Shown: positions 1 to 15,929 of the stretch, piece by piece | Position numbering within the stretch: position 1 is the first letter of the stretch | How the letters are laid out: each line of letters opens with the position of its first letter | Source: Eledone cirrhosa | Taxonomy: Eukaryota | NCBI GenBank assembly: GCA_964016885.1 | Contig: OZ024741.1 | Coordinates: 94,054,001 to 94,118,000 of the forward strand | DNA length: 64,000 nucleotides | Reading direction: 5' to 3' | Notes under the pieces: model-generated | Seen by the model: the letters and a program-made list of their open reading frames with translations, nothing else | The model's database searches: none | Told to the model about the DNA's origin: nothing | Translations under genes and position numbers: made by a program

Positions 1-2
1 AC

Positions 3-304
3 CAATCCTCTAATACAGATCCATCAGAAACGTGCTTGTACGACACGGCAACAACCCTATTTATCTTCAATCGTTGGGATTTAGTTCGAGAAGAAGAAAG
101 GGAAACGGTGCATGAACACGTTGTGAAACGTCTGCTGCGGTGCTCTCAAGGCCTAGATACATCTGAAATTTTATTCATGTCAGCAACATCAGCGAAACGG
201 CAATTAGAAAACGGCTTTGTTCCTAGATCCTATGTAGACCTAATGAAAGGGATCAAGACGATGATGGAGAAGACTACATTTATTATACTAAAACGATTCT
301 ACAG
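3..304 (+). CDS. Dynamin/mitofusin-like GTPase-pseudokinase gene (DSTYK-like architecture): first exon in window, 5' boundary uncertain
   Basis: Open frame containing LFIFNRWD (G4-like motif of mitofusin/bacterial dynamin-like GTPases) and ILFMSA. Donor AG|GTTGAG at 304/305 is phase 2 and matches the next exon, giving RFYRWLNYM. Confidence 0.75.
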
Positions 305-529
305 GTTGAGTATAATTTCTTGTCCCGATTTTAACTTAAATTTTGATGTTACTTGACACTTACAACATTCTTAATCATATAAGCTAAGTAAATCATCCTA
401 AAGATGTCTGTCATTAAATGGCAGTTAAAATAGCGTGCAAGCGATATTAGCTACCATAGAACAATTGTTAGATTGCGTAGTATAATATGTATTTTAAAAC
501 ACTTATACAATTATATATGTGAGGTCTAA

Positions 530-668
530 TGGCTGTGTGGTTAAGAAGTTCACTTTGTAGTTGCGTGGTTTCAGATTCCACCCTACGGTATGCTGCCTTC
601 GGTAAGTGTATTGTACGATGCCCTCGGGCCGACCAAATTCTTGTGAGTGAAATCTAGAAGATAAAAAC
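530..668 (+). mobile_element. tRNA-derived CORE-type SINE, decayed
   Basis: A-box-like ggctgtgtggttaag, a B-box remnant, and a body that matches the reverse-strand copy at ~13117-13290. Confidence 0.55.
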
Positions 669-1181
669 CTATCAGAGTGACTGTCCCTGTTTTTGAGCGG
701 TAGACTTAATTCGTCGCCTGATTATACACCAACATATGACTCTTGGGTGTCATTAGCAATGCCTATTCTATTTGTGCCAGGACAACTTCCGCCTTTCTAA
801 CTCACCTTTTTCGGAAAAGGCCACCAAAAGAGTTATGAACGCTGCCCATCTAAGCTATGAAAAAACAAAACAAAAAAAAACAAAACATATTAGCTGCAGT
901 TGATGTCTATTCTACCATTTTTCATAAATATGAAAAAAATAGCGAAAGTATTGTTGCAACTCCCTTCTATGTAAATTACTCAACTTCCAAAATTCTAAGT
1001 AGAATCTCTAAACTTTCGTACAGAAACAGGTCAATCGTTTTTGGAGAAAGAAATTATAAGAACATGAATATATAATAAATATTCTAATAATTCACCTCAT
1101 TTCTAATTTCCTTGTTTTACGTAAAAGCATATTTTATCTAAAGACATTTAAATATATAAAAATAGTTTCCTTTCTCTAAAG

Positions 1182-1514
1182 CAGAGGTTCTCGAACTTTT
1201 TGGACCTCCCCCCCACGGTTACGTAATACCCTAACGCCTCCAACCCTATTTCCAGAAAGACCTGCCTACACATGAATTGTAAATAATAAATAGATAAAAT
1301 CGTTAATTTATATATAATAAAAATATAATATATACTGTGTATAAATAAATATATATTTTTTATTTTACTACATTTATATATAGTATGTATCATTTGATAT
1401 TTAATATACTATTGTATCATCTCTACCACCCCATCGCCCCCTTAGGCCGCAGTGCCCCCTGGACCTTCTCAATGCCTCCTGAGGGGGGGGTAGCACCCAA
1501 TTTGAGAACATCTG
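1182..1514. mobile_element. hAT (Charlie-like) MITE
   Basis: Imperfect TIRs cagaggttctcgaact / aatttgagaacatctg, flanked by an exact 8-bp TSD ctctaaag (1174-1181 and 1515-1522). Confidence 0.85.
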
Positions 1515-1565
1515 CTCTAAAGTATAAAAAACAAATATTTTCATAGTACTATTTTTCTTAAACAG

Positions 1566-1836
1566 GTGGCTAAATTATATGGTTTCTCGGAGTTTGCACC
1601 ACTGTAAGACATTGTTTAGTGGAGCTGACTTCTCTGAATATCAGCAGAAGCAAAGGTTCCAGGAAGCTGAGAAGAAATTGAATATTTTAGAGAAGAATTC
1701 TGTAGAAATATTCCAGGAATTACGAGACAGTATTGATGCAGAAGAGACAAGATTGAAGCAATGTTTAACAGAGCAGCTTCAGTCTCCAGATATTCAGAAT
1801 AAAATATATTCCTTTGAAAACACAGAAATTGACTTT
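1566..1836 (+). CDS. Same gene, helical/coiled-coil exon
   Basis: Acceptor tttttcttaaacag ends at 1565; donor GTAAGC at 1837; phases 2/0 are frame-consistent with both neighbours. Confidence 0.8.
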
Positions 1837-1974
1837 GTAAGCCGTTTCTTCTTTAAATCTTAATTATTAGTTCGTACGATTACATAATAAGAAATAATTT
1901 TTGTTTAGCTCTAAATGTTAAGTATCACGTTTCTAATATTATATTACTTGTTAGAAATGTAGGCTTTTATTTAT

Positions 1975-2104
1975 ATGCATACACACGTACATACATACAT
2001 ATATACATACATGCACACATACATACATGCACACATACATACATACATACATACATACATACATACATACATACATACATACATACATACATACATACAT
2101 ACAC
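1975..2104. repeat. (TACA)n microsatellite
   Basis: Direct inspection; similar tracts at 3858-3936 and 31731-31830. Confidence 0.95.
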
Positions 2105-2124
2105 GCATTCATATTTATATCTTC

Positions 2125-2480
2125 AGAACAAAAAATCTGCAACCATCTCATTCACGTTTACGAACATGAAAATAACAATATTGCTAGGGGAGTGGCAGGA
2201 AATAAAACACTGAAAAACTCTACTCAATGCTCGAGCAAAATAAAAAGTAAACCAGTTCTCCGAGAAGGATATACATGGGCACTTGTGACGAACAAAGCAG
2301 ACCCTAGAAGTGATAAACCACACTAAAAGCTTGAAATGGAGTTCCGACAAGTTCGTAACACCCCCACCTCGATGAAGTCGTCAACTGATAAATATAGTCG
2401 TCAACTGATAAATGTTAGCCACATTATTGACAAGTATGAAAGTATGTTGTCCCCTTATTATCTTCCAATGAGGCATGATT
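2125..2480 (+). mobile_element. Short R4/Dong-family fragment
   Basis: YYLPMRHD is shared with the element at 3980-6860. Confidence 0.45.
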
Positions 2481-2891
2481 TGGCACTTAGTCCATTATCA
2501 TTTATTTTACAAAATATAGCAGTTATGTGTCAACAAGCACAAAAACAAAAAACGTATTTAATAATTTCTATGTAGGTGATCTAAATATCTATATTAAAAA
2601 TGTTTACAATTCCGAGAAATGACTGGACTTAGTAATACTTGTCTGTATTTAATAAGTGAATGCTATAAATGTTTCCAAATCAAAATCTTTACCTCCATGG
2701 TCTCTCTATATCCTATATTCCACATCACGTGTGATAAATATACATAGGCATTGAAGAAAATATATCATGCGAAGCTCCTATACAAGTACTGGTAACAACA
2801 TTTGGAATACTTGAATAATCCATAGAAGAAAACGACTCCATAAATTTTAAAATCTGTAAGATCCTGATATCTAATTTTTTCCATATTTCAG

Positions 2892-3077
2892 CTGCTGGGA
2901 TCTGAGAACGTTGATGAGGCTATATATAATATGGCTAATAGGAAGATTATTGATACTATTTCTGAATATACTGACATAGACCAAGAAATTAACAATCACA
3001 AAGAAAAATTGATAAAGATTATCAAAAAGAAGACGTTTCTTCTCCAAGAGGAATTAAGTATTATTGAATCGGAAATG
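2892..3077 (+). CDS. Same gene, helical exon
   Basis: Acceptor ccatatttcag ends at 2891; donor GTAAGA at 3078; phase 0/0; encodes LLGSENVDEAIYNM...IIESEM. Confidence 0.8.
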
Positions 3078-3979
3078 GTAAGAGTTCGTCCCTTTCTCTA
3101 TTCCAATTTCAAATTTCTTTCGGTTTGAAATATATTATTACATAATTATAACACTTAATATGTTTGTTGGCAGGCTGGTTGGCTGGTCTGATTTCAAATG
3201 TCAAGCTTCAGAACGTATAGCAAGGGTATGGGGGTTGGAGGGGGGGGGGGGAGAGAGAAAAGAGAGTATAAGAAAGACAAAAAGATAATGAATGTATAGG
3301 TTGAAGTAGGAACACTAACCGAAGTGGCAGATAAATGCTGTGTGTGTGTGTTAGAGATAGAGAGAGAGGGGGGGGGGGGGGGGAGAAAGCGTGAGGGAGA
3401 AAGAGAGAGAGATGAGCAAACGTCGGAGCATGCGCCCACCACACACACATACAAGCCTCACATAGAAATACACGTACACAAGTAGATAACCGTTTGTACA
3501 ACGTTGTTTTCTTTTTGACGAATGCAATTATCTTATAAGAATATATATATTCCGTTTCAGAACTGCAATTTCTTTTAATAGTGTATTTGATGTATATATT
3601 ACAATCGTCAATCTACGGGAAAATACAAACAATTGACATGATTAATCAATGTGTATATATGCTCATTCAGACAGTATTGGTTAATCCTGCTCCCTATATG
3701 TATTTATGATATATTTGAAATGTTACAGGTGCAATCAATTTATTTAATTATGTTTATCAGTATATTTATATATTTATATTTATTTACTTAGACTTATCTA
3801 CAGTAGTAAACATTCGCTCTCAAATTTACCTGGTGTATAACGAGTAACACGCTAGTGCATACATACATACATACATACATGCATACATACATACATACAT
3901 ACATACATACATACATACATACATACATACATACATGAGATATTCGACTAAATACATAATTAATTTTAGAAGGATTTGC

Positions 3980-6860
3980 TACAAACAGCATGGCCAAACA
4001 CAACATCAACAACAACAATTTACCGAACATAAGGAACGAAAACAAACAATTTACCGAAGAAAATCAATGAGAAAGATGAACATTTTTTATTTAGTTGTAG
4101 CTACAGAAGAAACCGAAATTATAAATGGAGTTACGAACTTAATGATGATATATTTAATTGTTATAAAATGGCCCCCCCCCCCAAAAAAAAAACCCCTCCG
4201 TTGGCTATATGAACAGAATGAAGCTATACTGGGAAGAAATGCATCCAGAGCTAAATAATGTCACAACGAAACAATTACGCCAACAAGTGACATTTGTTGA
4301 ACGTAAAAATAAGATAAATATTATTAATTGTAAGTCCCCCAGAACAAACATTGAATCAACAACACGTGCTACTGGTCGCCATGCTACTAAACTTCCTAAC
4401 AGACAGGTCGAACAGTCCCTTGAAACAAATATGCCGGTAAGAAATTTGATACCACGTGTACCATCTGAGTCTGCCTCGACTGTTGTGGAAAACACTATTG
4501 ATAATGATAATCAGAAGTATAAAAAATATAAATTTTCCCTCAACGAAATCTTCAAGAGATAAATTAATTCATATATAAACATTTCTCTTGCTGAACGTAA
4601 TAAAACAACAATACAAAATAAAATAAAACCAAATAATGAAATCTTACGTGCCATTGACGAAATAGGGGATGGATATTTACGACGTATTAAAACCCCCACG
4701 TTTTGGCAAATCAACGCCTGTTTATATACCCTAGCAACGGCAGTGAAGCATTATCTTGGTGATAGCAGAGATATTAGCAAGAACAAAACACCACCAAAAA
4801 TACCATCATACATAACTAAAATAGAAAAAAAGATTGCTGACCTACGAAAAACCATAGGATATGTGACAATGCTCCTTACATGCAAACAAAAACAAAAGAA
4901 AACTTCACTCCTCACCAACAAAGAGTGAAAAATAAAATAGAAACGATCTTTGGTGACAGTACAACTAGAACTCTTCAATATAAGCTGATCACCCTCAAAC
5001 AAGAATTGAGAGCTGTCAGCGAGAAACGTCAATACCTGAAGAGGGTAGCTGAAAGAAAAGTACTTAATAAAAGATTCGGACGAAACCAAACATCAGTCTA
5101 TAGAGATATGAAGGGCAAAGTAATAAATGTCACTGAGGCCCCATCCCAGAAAGACATAGATTTCCTTCTGGAGAAAAATATGGGCTGAAAAGAAGAATTT
5201 CAACCAAGATGCAGTGTGGCTTAAAGAAATCCAAAATAACTATTGCTCCTACACTACAACAAAACCAGACGAAATAAATGAGGATACCCCTGAGACTGTG
5301 ATAGGAAAACAGCAGGAAGAGACTGGATTGTCGGCTATTGGTACAAAAAACTGATATTCTATCAGATATATCTTATCGACCTCTCCCAACAAGCTCTCAA
5401 AGGAGATACATATATACCAGGTTGACATTAGCACAAACAATACTGATCCCCAAGAAAAAAGACACCCACTTGGCAAAAAACTACCGACCCATTGCATGCC
5501 AGAACCTGATGTATAATATGTATACAGCTCGCCTGAACTTATTTCTCCAAATCACTGTAAAAATAATAACATCATCACAGATGAACAAGCAGCTGGAAAG
5601 AAAGGTGTTTGGCCAAGATAAATGCTCATATATGATTGATTGTAAAGCCGGGAAAAACTACAACCCAATCTAGCAACAGTGTTATCAATGGCCTAACTGT
5701 TTCACCCATATCTGACGAGGACTGCTAAAGATACATGGGGATAGATGAGAATATATCTTATAATGGTATTTGTAATAAGGAACGCGTAACCAAGGGAATA
5801 TTACACCCGATTAAGAAAAATATGGTCATCGGAACTATCTGCGCACAATAAAACAGTGGCTCACAATGTGTTTGATGTGCCTGTCCTAACACCAACGTTT
5901 GGAATACTCGATTGGACGATAGACAACACCGGAAACTTCCACATCAATAGTGACATAGATCGCCTCTCCTTGAAACGAAAGCAGGGAGGCAGAGGCCTAA
6001 CATCAGTCCAGACAACGTTTGAGTGTCGCATCATATCCCTTTGACAACATTTACGAACCTCGAAGCGTAGGAACCCATCTATTGAGTAAGTCTGTCTGCA
6101 TGAGATAGATAAGATCATGAGAGTTGGGAAGGAACTCCTTGAAAGATACTCCACTCAAACTCAGGGAAATTGCCCAACAGTACCGAAGTGAATCCATGGA
6201 TGAAAAACTGCATGCTTATCAGCAAAAAGCCATGCATGGATATGTTGCCAGGAAGCTCCAGAGTGAGAGTAATATAGATAAACAAAGTAGTCTATCTTGG
6301 ACCAACAACCGCTATACTGGCTCCCACTTTGAATGATATGCTTTCGCAATCCAAGAACAGGAAATCAACACAAAATACCTGATTCACAAAAGAGATAAGG
6401 ATGCAAACAAAACACCTAGATGCGACAAGTCCAGACTTTGCAGAATTAATATTGAAGATGTCATCCATGTCATAAGTGACATGGATGTCAAGGATGTCAT
6501 CGCGGTACTATCTACCTATGAGGCATGATGTGGCCAAAACACTGTACAATGCAATCTGTAGAAAAGATAGCCCCAACGATAAACACATTAAAAGCTACAG
6601 CAATGTGGAAGACATACAAATACATAATATGAAAGAGTACTGGTGGAATATTCTAGTCAAAACCCCAATAAAATCAAGCATAACAGACCAGATATAATGA
6701 TATGAGGCTGGGAAAAGAAGGCATACACAGTAGTGGAAGTCAGCTGCCCAGCAGATGCCAATATAATATTAAAAATTAGCGAAAAGGAGAATATCTATGC
6801 AAAAATAATAAGGAATCTGCAGATACTCCACTCTGACTACAATCTACTACAAACCCTTCA
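3980..6860 (+). mobile_element. Decayed R4/Dong-type non-LTR retrotransposon (REL endonuclease) in intron 3; RT core deleted
   Basis: Broken frames encode ILIPKK..NYRPIAC, DIDRLSLKRKQGGRGL, QEQEINTKY, CRLC-like/RHD, HNRPDI and VEVSCP, collinear with the element at 53932-57806. Confidence 0.75.
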
Positions 6861-6959
6861 TAGATTAACGGGAGATGTGCAGTATATTACCAAACAGCAA
6901 ACTTGGTTGGAAATGGTCGTAATTGGTAACTAGTGGTACGATCGTTGGTGGTAGTTTCT

Positions 6960-7150
6960 ATACTGTTACTGGCTGTTTTTGGTGTTTAAATACAAAAGTG
7001 TGTTTTAATGAGTTTATATGTACTTAAAGCGTATTTTAAGGCTTAAACTATGAAAACAATGGTTGTCTTTAGGGTCTCTCTATATCGTGGATTTTCATTT
7101 ATCGCGGTTTGTTCTGGAACGTATCCACCGCGATCAACGGGGGATTACTG
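6960..7150. mobile_element. Tc1/mariner (pogo/Tigger-like) DNA-transposon end
   Basis: Ends in ccgcgatcaacgggggattactg followed by TA, a Tigger-type TIR; the other end is not found. Confidence 0.5.
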
Positions 7151-7265
7151 TATATATATATATATATATATATGAAAATGTGTGAGATCCTTGGTACAGT
7201 TAGGTATATTTGAAAAAAAAGAAAAAAATGACTTCACTTGTAGTTGTAAATAATTTGATTTAATA

Positions 7266-7452
7266 ATTGTTTCTACTTTTGGCACAAGGCCAGCAATTAC
7301 CCAGTGCATTACTGGTATTTTATTTTATCGACCCCGTAAGGATGAAAGGCAAAGTTAACCTCGCGGGATTTGAACTCAGAATGGCAAGGCCGTAACTCTA
7401 TGCGTCAAAGCATGTGTCCGACCCTCTACCGATACTGCCAATCCACCGCCCA
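7266..7452 (-). mobile_element. tRNA-derived SINE, family A
   Basis: Reverse complement of the recurrent unit ggcggtggattggcagtatcggtag...gagttcaaatccc...gcctttcatccttacggggtcgataaaataaagtaccag...agaaacaatt, present more than 10 times in the window. Confidence 0.9.
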
Positions 7453-7864
7453 TTATTTAATTTTATAATATTATAATATTATGAGTTGGTGGATCTAGTA
7501 AGTTCTTTGTTAAGTTCGGTGGGAAGTATTTTAAAGATTCCTGGTTAACTTTCTTGGAGAACTTTCTCGCATTCATCGCTGGCGATTGTCAAACTGAGAT
7601 CAGGTTCTGTTGTGCTGTGTGACTCTATATATAAGAGAGATTTGGATGTATCTGAGGTGTGGTGTTAATGAGTGTAGGGGTAAAAAGGAGTGTTGCTGAA
7701 TATTTAAAGGAATTAAAGCATATACACCTCACACACACACATACATACATACATATATATACACAGAAAATGGTGAAGGTTGACAGCAAGATAGGAGTGT
7801 TTAAGAAAGGGGTTGTAAAAAATCCCCTCCTCACCTTTGATGAATATAATGGCAGGATGTTTTT

Positions 7865-7899
<35 letters not shown>

Positions 7900-7994
7900 A
7901 TACATAAGTATTTGCATAAATAAGTATAGAACTCGCTTATTATTTGTTGAATCTTATATTTTTAGAATAAGCAATATTTTCCTTTTTTTTTCAG

Positions 7995-8680
7995 AACTCC
8001 AAGATAATTAATCCCATGGACACATATCATGGTTTAAGACGGATAAGTAATTTAAGTGTATGCAGTTGGCAACTTCCCATACTACCTCCTAAAATCCCTT
8101 CTTCATTATTTGCTAGGGTGGCATTGAAAGCGAAAAGGATACTCAAAAAGAAAAATAGTCGTCAATTGGCTGCAGAAAAAAAATCTATTAAAAAAATATG
8201 TGATGAGGAAATACAATTATATCTGAGGGAAAATAGTTATGTAAGTTGTCAGCTTGATTCAATACGTGACTACTTGGATTTAGTAGAGGAAAGTATTCCA
8301 AAGCTTATCGAGAGCAATAAAACCTTAATGAAAAAATCAGCTGAAAACCGTTCAAGACATCAAAAGGAAAAAGAAACATACATCAAAGCTCTGAACAAAA
8401 TATTACTACTACAAGATAAAATTGCTCGTTTTGGTTACACGAATGCTTTCAATCAGAAAAAGCAAATTGAAAATTCGATTAAATCTGAAATGAGTTCATC
8501 TACTCTTTATGAGAATTCTGCAATAGATTCTGGAATTGTGGTTGATACAAAATCACGTGTGCCACAGAGTTTATTTGTAGAAATGACTCCAGCCTTTTCA
8601 TGTGACGTTGAAATTACAATCCGGAAATATTTTAATACCGTTGATGTACCAAGTCTCTACACTGAAATAGAAAAGCTAAC
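7995..8680 (+). CDS. Same gene, helical region plus kinase N-lobe start
   Basis: Acceptor poly-T-tcag ends at 7994; 686-nt open frame; donor GTAAGT at 8681, phase 2. Confidence 0.85.
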
Positions 8681-8718
8681 GTAAGTGAATTAGCCGTGTT
8701 TTCTCAATATTAATCTCC

Positions 8719-8772
<54 letters not shown>

Positions 8773-9633
8773 CTATCTCTCGTCTCTTCTCTGCTACTCC
8801 CCCCCCCCCACCTCTCTTTCTCTCTGTTTATATGCACACATTTTGAATAGTTGCGTGACAAATCGCAGTATGTTTTGATCCATCGATATTGTCAATTAAA
8901 TGTTGAAACATGATCAGTTAAAGAATATATTATAGTTGGGTGTATAGTGAATAGAGAAATATTCCAGGAAAAAAATGTGGTAGGGACTGGAGTTGAGAGA
9001 AAGAATAAATATCCTAATAAGGAAATTTCTTTTCTTACTATATCAAGCGTTAAACTATTACTTATCATCACTGTACTGTATAATTTCTCCCGCGTTGTAT
9101 TTCCTTGTTTAATTTTTTCATCTCTCTCTCTCTCGCTCTCTAATTTTAATGAATATACATTTTTCTTCTGTAAATATATGCATGTTTGTCAAGCATAATC
9201 GAGTAAATTTATTTGCAATCTTATCTACAAATACGCTGTCTTAGGACGTTAATTAATTATCCAGAGATGCAAACGAAATTTACAAAAAAAAAAAAATTAA
9301 CGAATGCTGTTCATTGCATTTTTCGTAATCTGCGAACTACTTATGAGCCGGTAATAACCGCCGAAGCCAGCCGTTCACTTCTACAGAGAGATTCATGTAG
9401 CCAAGTAACTGACTTTACTTATAAAAGGAGGTTAAATATATGTAAAATTATTTCCAGATATAATCAGATATATTTGGTTCTATATATCCTCGTGTTCATA
9501 TATATATAGTGAAATCATCGTCGGTTAAATTTGCCATGTTTACGAAAATGCGGCGCGTCAACAACCCAAGATTAAATAACTATGTTGACTATCATATATA
9601 TATCTATATATATATCTTCTTCTTCTTCACCCA

Positions 9634-9760
9634 CTCATTCGTGGGAGGGTCGTGGGGGCAGTGTTCTCAAGCGTGACCAGCCAAACTCATGGATGTTATC
9701 CAACCATCTTGCTGAGGGTCTACCCCTGGGTCTCTTACCTGTTGATTGATTTCGTAAATG
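9634..9760 (-). mobile_element. RTE-type LINE 3' fragment
   Basis: Encodes [17 protein letters not shown] and ends beside a (GAA)n-like tail. Confidence 0.6.
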
Positions 9761-9764
9761 CTCA

Positions 9765-10871
<1,107 letters not shown>

Positions 10872-11338
10872 GTATTTACGAAATCAATCACTGTTGTTAG
10901 CCTAGTGGTCACACACAACGAATTGATTACGGTCAAATATTTATCACTCAATGAAAATCAAACAAACAGTTATTCGATGAGAGGTGACTCAATAGATATG
11001 ATGAATTGACAACGACACCCGAATAAAATGGGAGGGATTTAATTGATAAAAAAACATTAATAGTCATCCATATATGTATATATATTTCCCTCCTTTCGGC
11101 CTTACCATTTGCACGACTCGTTAACACCATATCCTGTCGTGTTTCCAGTCAAGAGACACTCACTTTTGGTTCCCCGTTTCTATGCCGTGCTGTCTCTCAA
11201 ATGTATCTTTCCGGTGGCTTGTTCTAAGCCGTTGTGCAATCTAGACTCAATATCATACAATACCATCCTTATGGATGACATTGCATTATGCAGTGGGTGG
11301 TTGAAGAGGAAGTTGGATGTTCGTTCGTTCGTCCCACT

Positions 11339-11403
<65 letters not shown>

Positions 11404-11442
11404 CCCCCTCTCTCTTCATATATATATATATATATATATATA

Positions 11443-11573
11443 TAGTAATAATAATAAATTTGAAGACTAAAATCCAAAGAAGGTTCGATAAGGAAAAATA
11501 TATATCAAATATATAAGAACCCTAGAGCAAATATTTATTAAAATAACAGATTAAACTTTAATCTGTTATTTTA

Positions 11574-11575
<2 letters not shown>
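11443..11575 (-). mobile_element. Solo Penelope-like terminal fragment with small fold-back
   Basis: Reverse complement of 21165-21272, the 3' end of the Naiad-like element; abuts (TA)n. Confidence 0.65.
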
Positions 11576-11648
<73 letters not shown>

Positions 11649-11704
11649 CTATATATATATGGATTGAGAGGGACGAGGCTGCATGTTTACTGATAACGAG
11701 TGTG

Positions 11705-12508
<804 letters not shown>

Positions 12509-12752
12509 ACTATATGTATGTATATATATTATATACTGCGAGGAAACAAACGTTAGATGATGAAGATATTGATGATTTATATTTGCGGAATACACTGACA
12601 CTTAAATGGTATCTTAATAAACAAACGCGTTACTTATATCTTATACTATATGATATGTACGTATGTGTGTAGATCTGCAGGTTTCCGTAAATGTTAACTA
12701 ACGTCATGGTGAAAGCAGCAACTGTTTTTCTAATTATTATCTCTATCTTCAG

Positions 12753-12993
12753 ATACCTACACCACGAGTCTGTAGCGAAATTCATAGAAACTATATCGAC
12801 AGAGAACTCAACCCCATCTATTTTATTTGATGAACGCCTATTTTCGCTACGATGTAGAACAAATAACATAAGATATCGACCGCTGGTATCCAAAGATATG
12901 TATCCTATTTTCATCGAAAATATTATTTCCGGTCTGGTTTATATTCACTCTAAAGGACTTACACATCCTGAAATATCATTGGACAGTGTCATG
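12753..12993 (+). CDS. Same gene, kinase subdomains IV-VIb (degenerate catalytic loop)
   Basis: Acceptor ctctatcttcag; encodes LHHESVAKF...SGLVYIHSKGLTHPEISLDSVM; donor GTGAGT at 12994, phase 0. Confidence 0.85.
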
Positions 12994-13116
12994 GTGAGTT
13001 TGAAGCTTATATACATTCTTGTATTATTTTACTTGTTCCCCATAAAGGGATATAAACACAGACATACACAAACGCAAACACGTGCGTGCACACATACACA
13101 TATATATCTATATATT

Positions 13117-13290
13117 TATATATACGGTGGGCTTTTGCAGCTTTCGCCAGTGCAATTCCATACACAAAGCATTGGTCAACCCGAGGCTTTAGTAGAAGAC
13201 ACATTTCCGAAGCGGAACTGAACACAAAACCGACTGGTTTGAGAAAGAACTCAGGAACTCTTTAACATTTCAGCCACACCGGTGCCTGTA
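13117..13290 (-). mobile_element. CORE-type SINE, decayed
   Basis: Reverse-strand match to 530-668; tRNA-like head ggtgtggctgaaatgttaaag. Confidence 0.55.
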
Positions 13291-13404
13291 TATATATATA
13301 TAGTTTATTTAATGTTGAAAAATATATTGAATGTAATGTGAAATACAAATAAATTTAACAGAAAAAAACATCATGTTTATTACATTTTTCATATCTGTTT
13401 ATAG

Positions 13405-13776
13405 ATTAACTGGCATCAACAAGTGAAACTAATTGGAATGGCGTTACCACGTAAAGTGAATATTTTGGATATGGATCAGCCGATTCATGACAATATGTAT
13501 CTTGCACCGGAAGTTCTAAATGGAGGAGTATATGAACCACCAGCAGATGTGTTTGGTTTCGGACTCTTGATTTGTGAATTGTACATAAAAAAGAAAGTCT
13601 TTTTAGACAAATCACACTTATCTGTTTTACAATTTTGTGAGACTGTTGATACAAGTGAAGTTGAATACTTCGAACTCATTCCAGACACGTACAAGAACTT
13701 AGTGTTAAACATGCTTAAAAAACAACAGAGTGAGAGATTCACGTCAAACCATATTTGGAAATGTCTTAGCAACTAA
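13405..13776 (+). CDS. Same gene, terminal exon: kinase C-lobe
   Basis: Acceptor ctgtttatag; encodes VKLIGMALPR, YLAPEVL and ADVFGFGLLICEL; TAA stop; AATAAA at 13924 and 14387. Confidence 0.85.
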   Translation: MNWHQQVKLIGMALPRKVNILDMDQPIHDNMYLAPEVLNGGVYEPPADVFGFGLLICELYIKKKVFLDKSHLSVLQFCETVDTSEVEYFELIPDTYKNLVLNMLKKQQSERFTSNHIWKCLSN

Positions 13777-14152
13777 TTTGACAGACAAATAATCTTGACA
13801 ATTGATATTTAAATTATGAACGTATACTGCAGTGTATGTATGTGTGTGGTGTTTGCTGCTGTTTTGAGCGCCAGGACAACTCGAGAAAACCACATGAGAC
13901 CATCCTATCGTTTTTCTATATGTAATAAAACCAGGACTACGTTAGTCAATAATGACCTTTTGTCACCATAAAACATTTATGCATGTATGTATACATGCAT
14001 GGTCTTAGCATGGTCTTACAGGCTCTGTGGGTGTGTATTTGTGTACAATGCGAACAATAGCAGCCAAACCAATTTTAAATTCCATTTCTGAAATATTTAA
14101 CTGAGACGAGAGGCAGAGAGAAGGAGGTAGAGAGAGTAAGGGAGAGAGGGTA

Positions 14153-14184
<32 letters not shown>

Positions 14185-14563
14185 TATGAGAGGGAGAGAG
14201 AGAGAGAGAAACAGAAATGCACTCAACCAAGACAGTTTTATTGTTTGTGTTAGCGTAAATATTGCATGCTATTGTGTGAAGAATGTGTGTTTCAATTGAT
14301 AATGCGCAGTGGGTGGTATGTTTCTTGCCGTGGTAGAGCTGTGTGAATTCGTATTCATTTGTAATACTGGATGGATCAGTGATACAAATAAAGGTACCTA
14401 GCCTTCTGTATATTTGAATTAATCGCTTGAAAAATCGACTTTATATAAATATATAAAAACGGTCTACACAGCACGTTTACAATATAATAAAGATGTCTAT
14501 ACTCTATAAACGTATTTAGTGCCCATTTTAACTGTCACCGATCGGGAAACCACCCATAATCAA

Positions 14564-14687
<124 letters not shown>

Positions 14688-14759
14688 GTATGATTGTGTG
14701 TGTGTGAGAGAGGGCAGGTATGTGTGTGTATATATGTACATATTTTGCAGATCTTTAAA

Positions 14760-15020
14760 CAACAGAAAAACCAGGGTTGTGTTTAATGTCTCGGAATAAA
14801 TGTCTGTGGACAATGGTGTTAAGCACGGAGACATTCCTACTCCAACACTATTTGAAATATACTTTGTCATTCTCCTTGCTTAAGCATTCCACGACTGTAA
14901 TTGAGGCATAAACCGAACATCTGGGGAAGTCTAGTTTAAGAAGTTTTATTGATAAATCTGTGACATTCATTGTGTTCATTCGAGAACTTTTGTATGTTGA
15001 TGATATAAATTTGTTGCACA
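14760..15020 (+). mobile_element. RTE-type reverse transcriptase fragment
   Basis: Motifs NGVKHGDIPTPTLF and IRELLYVDD. Confidence 0.55.
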
Positions 15021-15070
15021 CCCAGAACCAGAACAGACATCCAGTACACGATGGATACATGTTCTGGAAT

Positions 15071-15156
15071 AAAAGTAGAATTGAGATGGAGGGTTGTAGT
15101 TTTTCTCCCATCAGATGCGAGAAAAACTGCAAACCCTCCATCTCAATTCTACTTTT
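15071..15156. repeat. Near-perfect hairpin, ~42-bp arms
   Basis: aaaagtagaattgagatggagggtt... / ...aaccctccatctcaattctactttt. Confidence 0.85.
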
Positions 15157-15239
15157 GAAAAGCATAAGAACTGTGAAACCGGTAAAGGAAACAAATAAAT
15201 ATTCTTAAAAAGACTCCAATTGCATTTTCGATTTCTTTT

Positions 15240-15333
<94 letters not shown>

Positions 15334-15476
15334 ATATATATATAGATTCCTGATGATTTCTAAAGAATGAAACAGTTCTAGTCCTGTAGAATCTCATCTA
15401 TATTAAAACTTTTATACTCTGCAATGTATTGAGTACCTTACTTACTGTGGTTACCTCCGATTCAACCCGGAATAAC

Positions 15477-15592
<116 letters not shown>

Positions 15593-15754
15593 ATGGGTAA
15601 TAAGTATGAATCTTCTAACAACTTTATTCTCAGATTTTCTTAAGTTATTGCGCCTATATTATTGTACAATTTCTTACTCTTGAAGTATATATATATATAA
15701 CAAAGAAAGTGTGGTAAGAAACCAGGTGGACTATAACGCACCAGAGTACTCGAT

Positions 15755-15904
15755 ACTTAGGGTAATAGAGTGGGTAATAGGAATGGAGTCAGGACTCCGA
15801 CGTTTCGACAGCTAGATCCAGTTCGAATCTAGCTGTCGAAACGGCCGGAACTCAGCCGTCGGGGTCCTGACTCTTTTTCTATTATCCACTCTACTACCCT
15901 AAGT
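15755..15904. repeat. Fold-back palindrome
   Basis: acttagggtaatagagtgg...cgtttcgacagctagat / atctagctgtcgaaacg...ccactctactaccctaagt. Confidence 0.85.
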
Positions 15905-15929
15905 GTAATAAAGTGTAATAAACGTAATA

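Noticed and set aside
12691-13221. 176-aa stand-alone ORF with hydrophobic N-terminus
   Set aside because: Only 12753-12993 is exonic; the flanks are polypyrimidine tract and intronic repeats.
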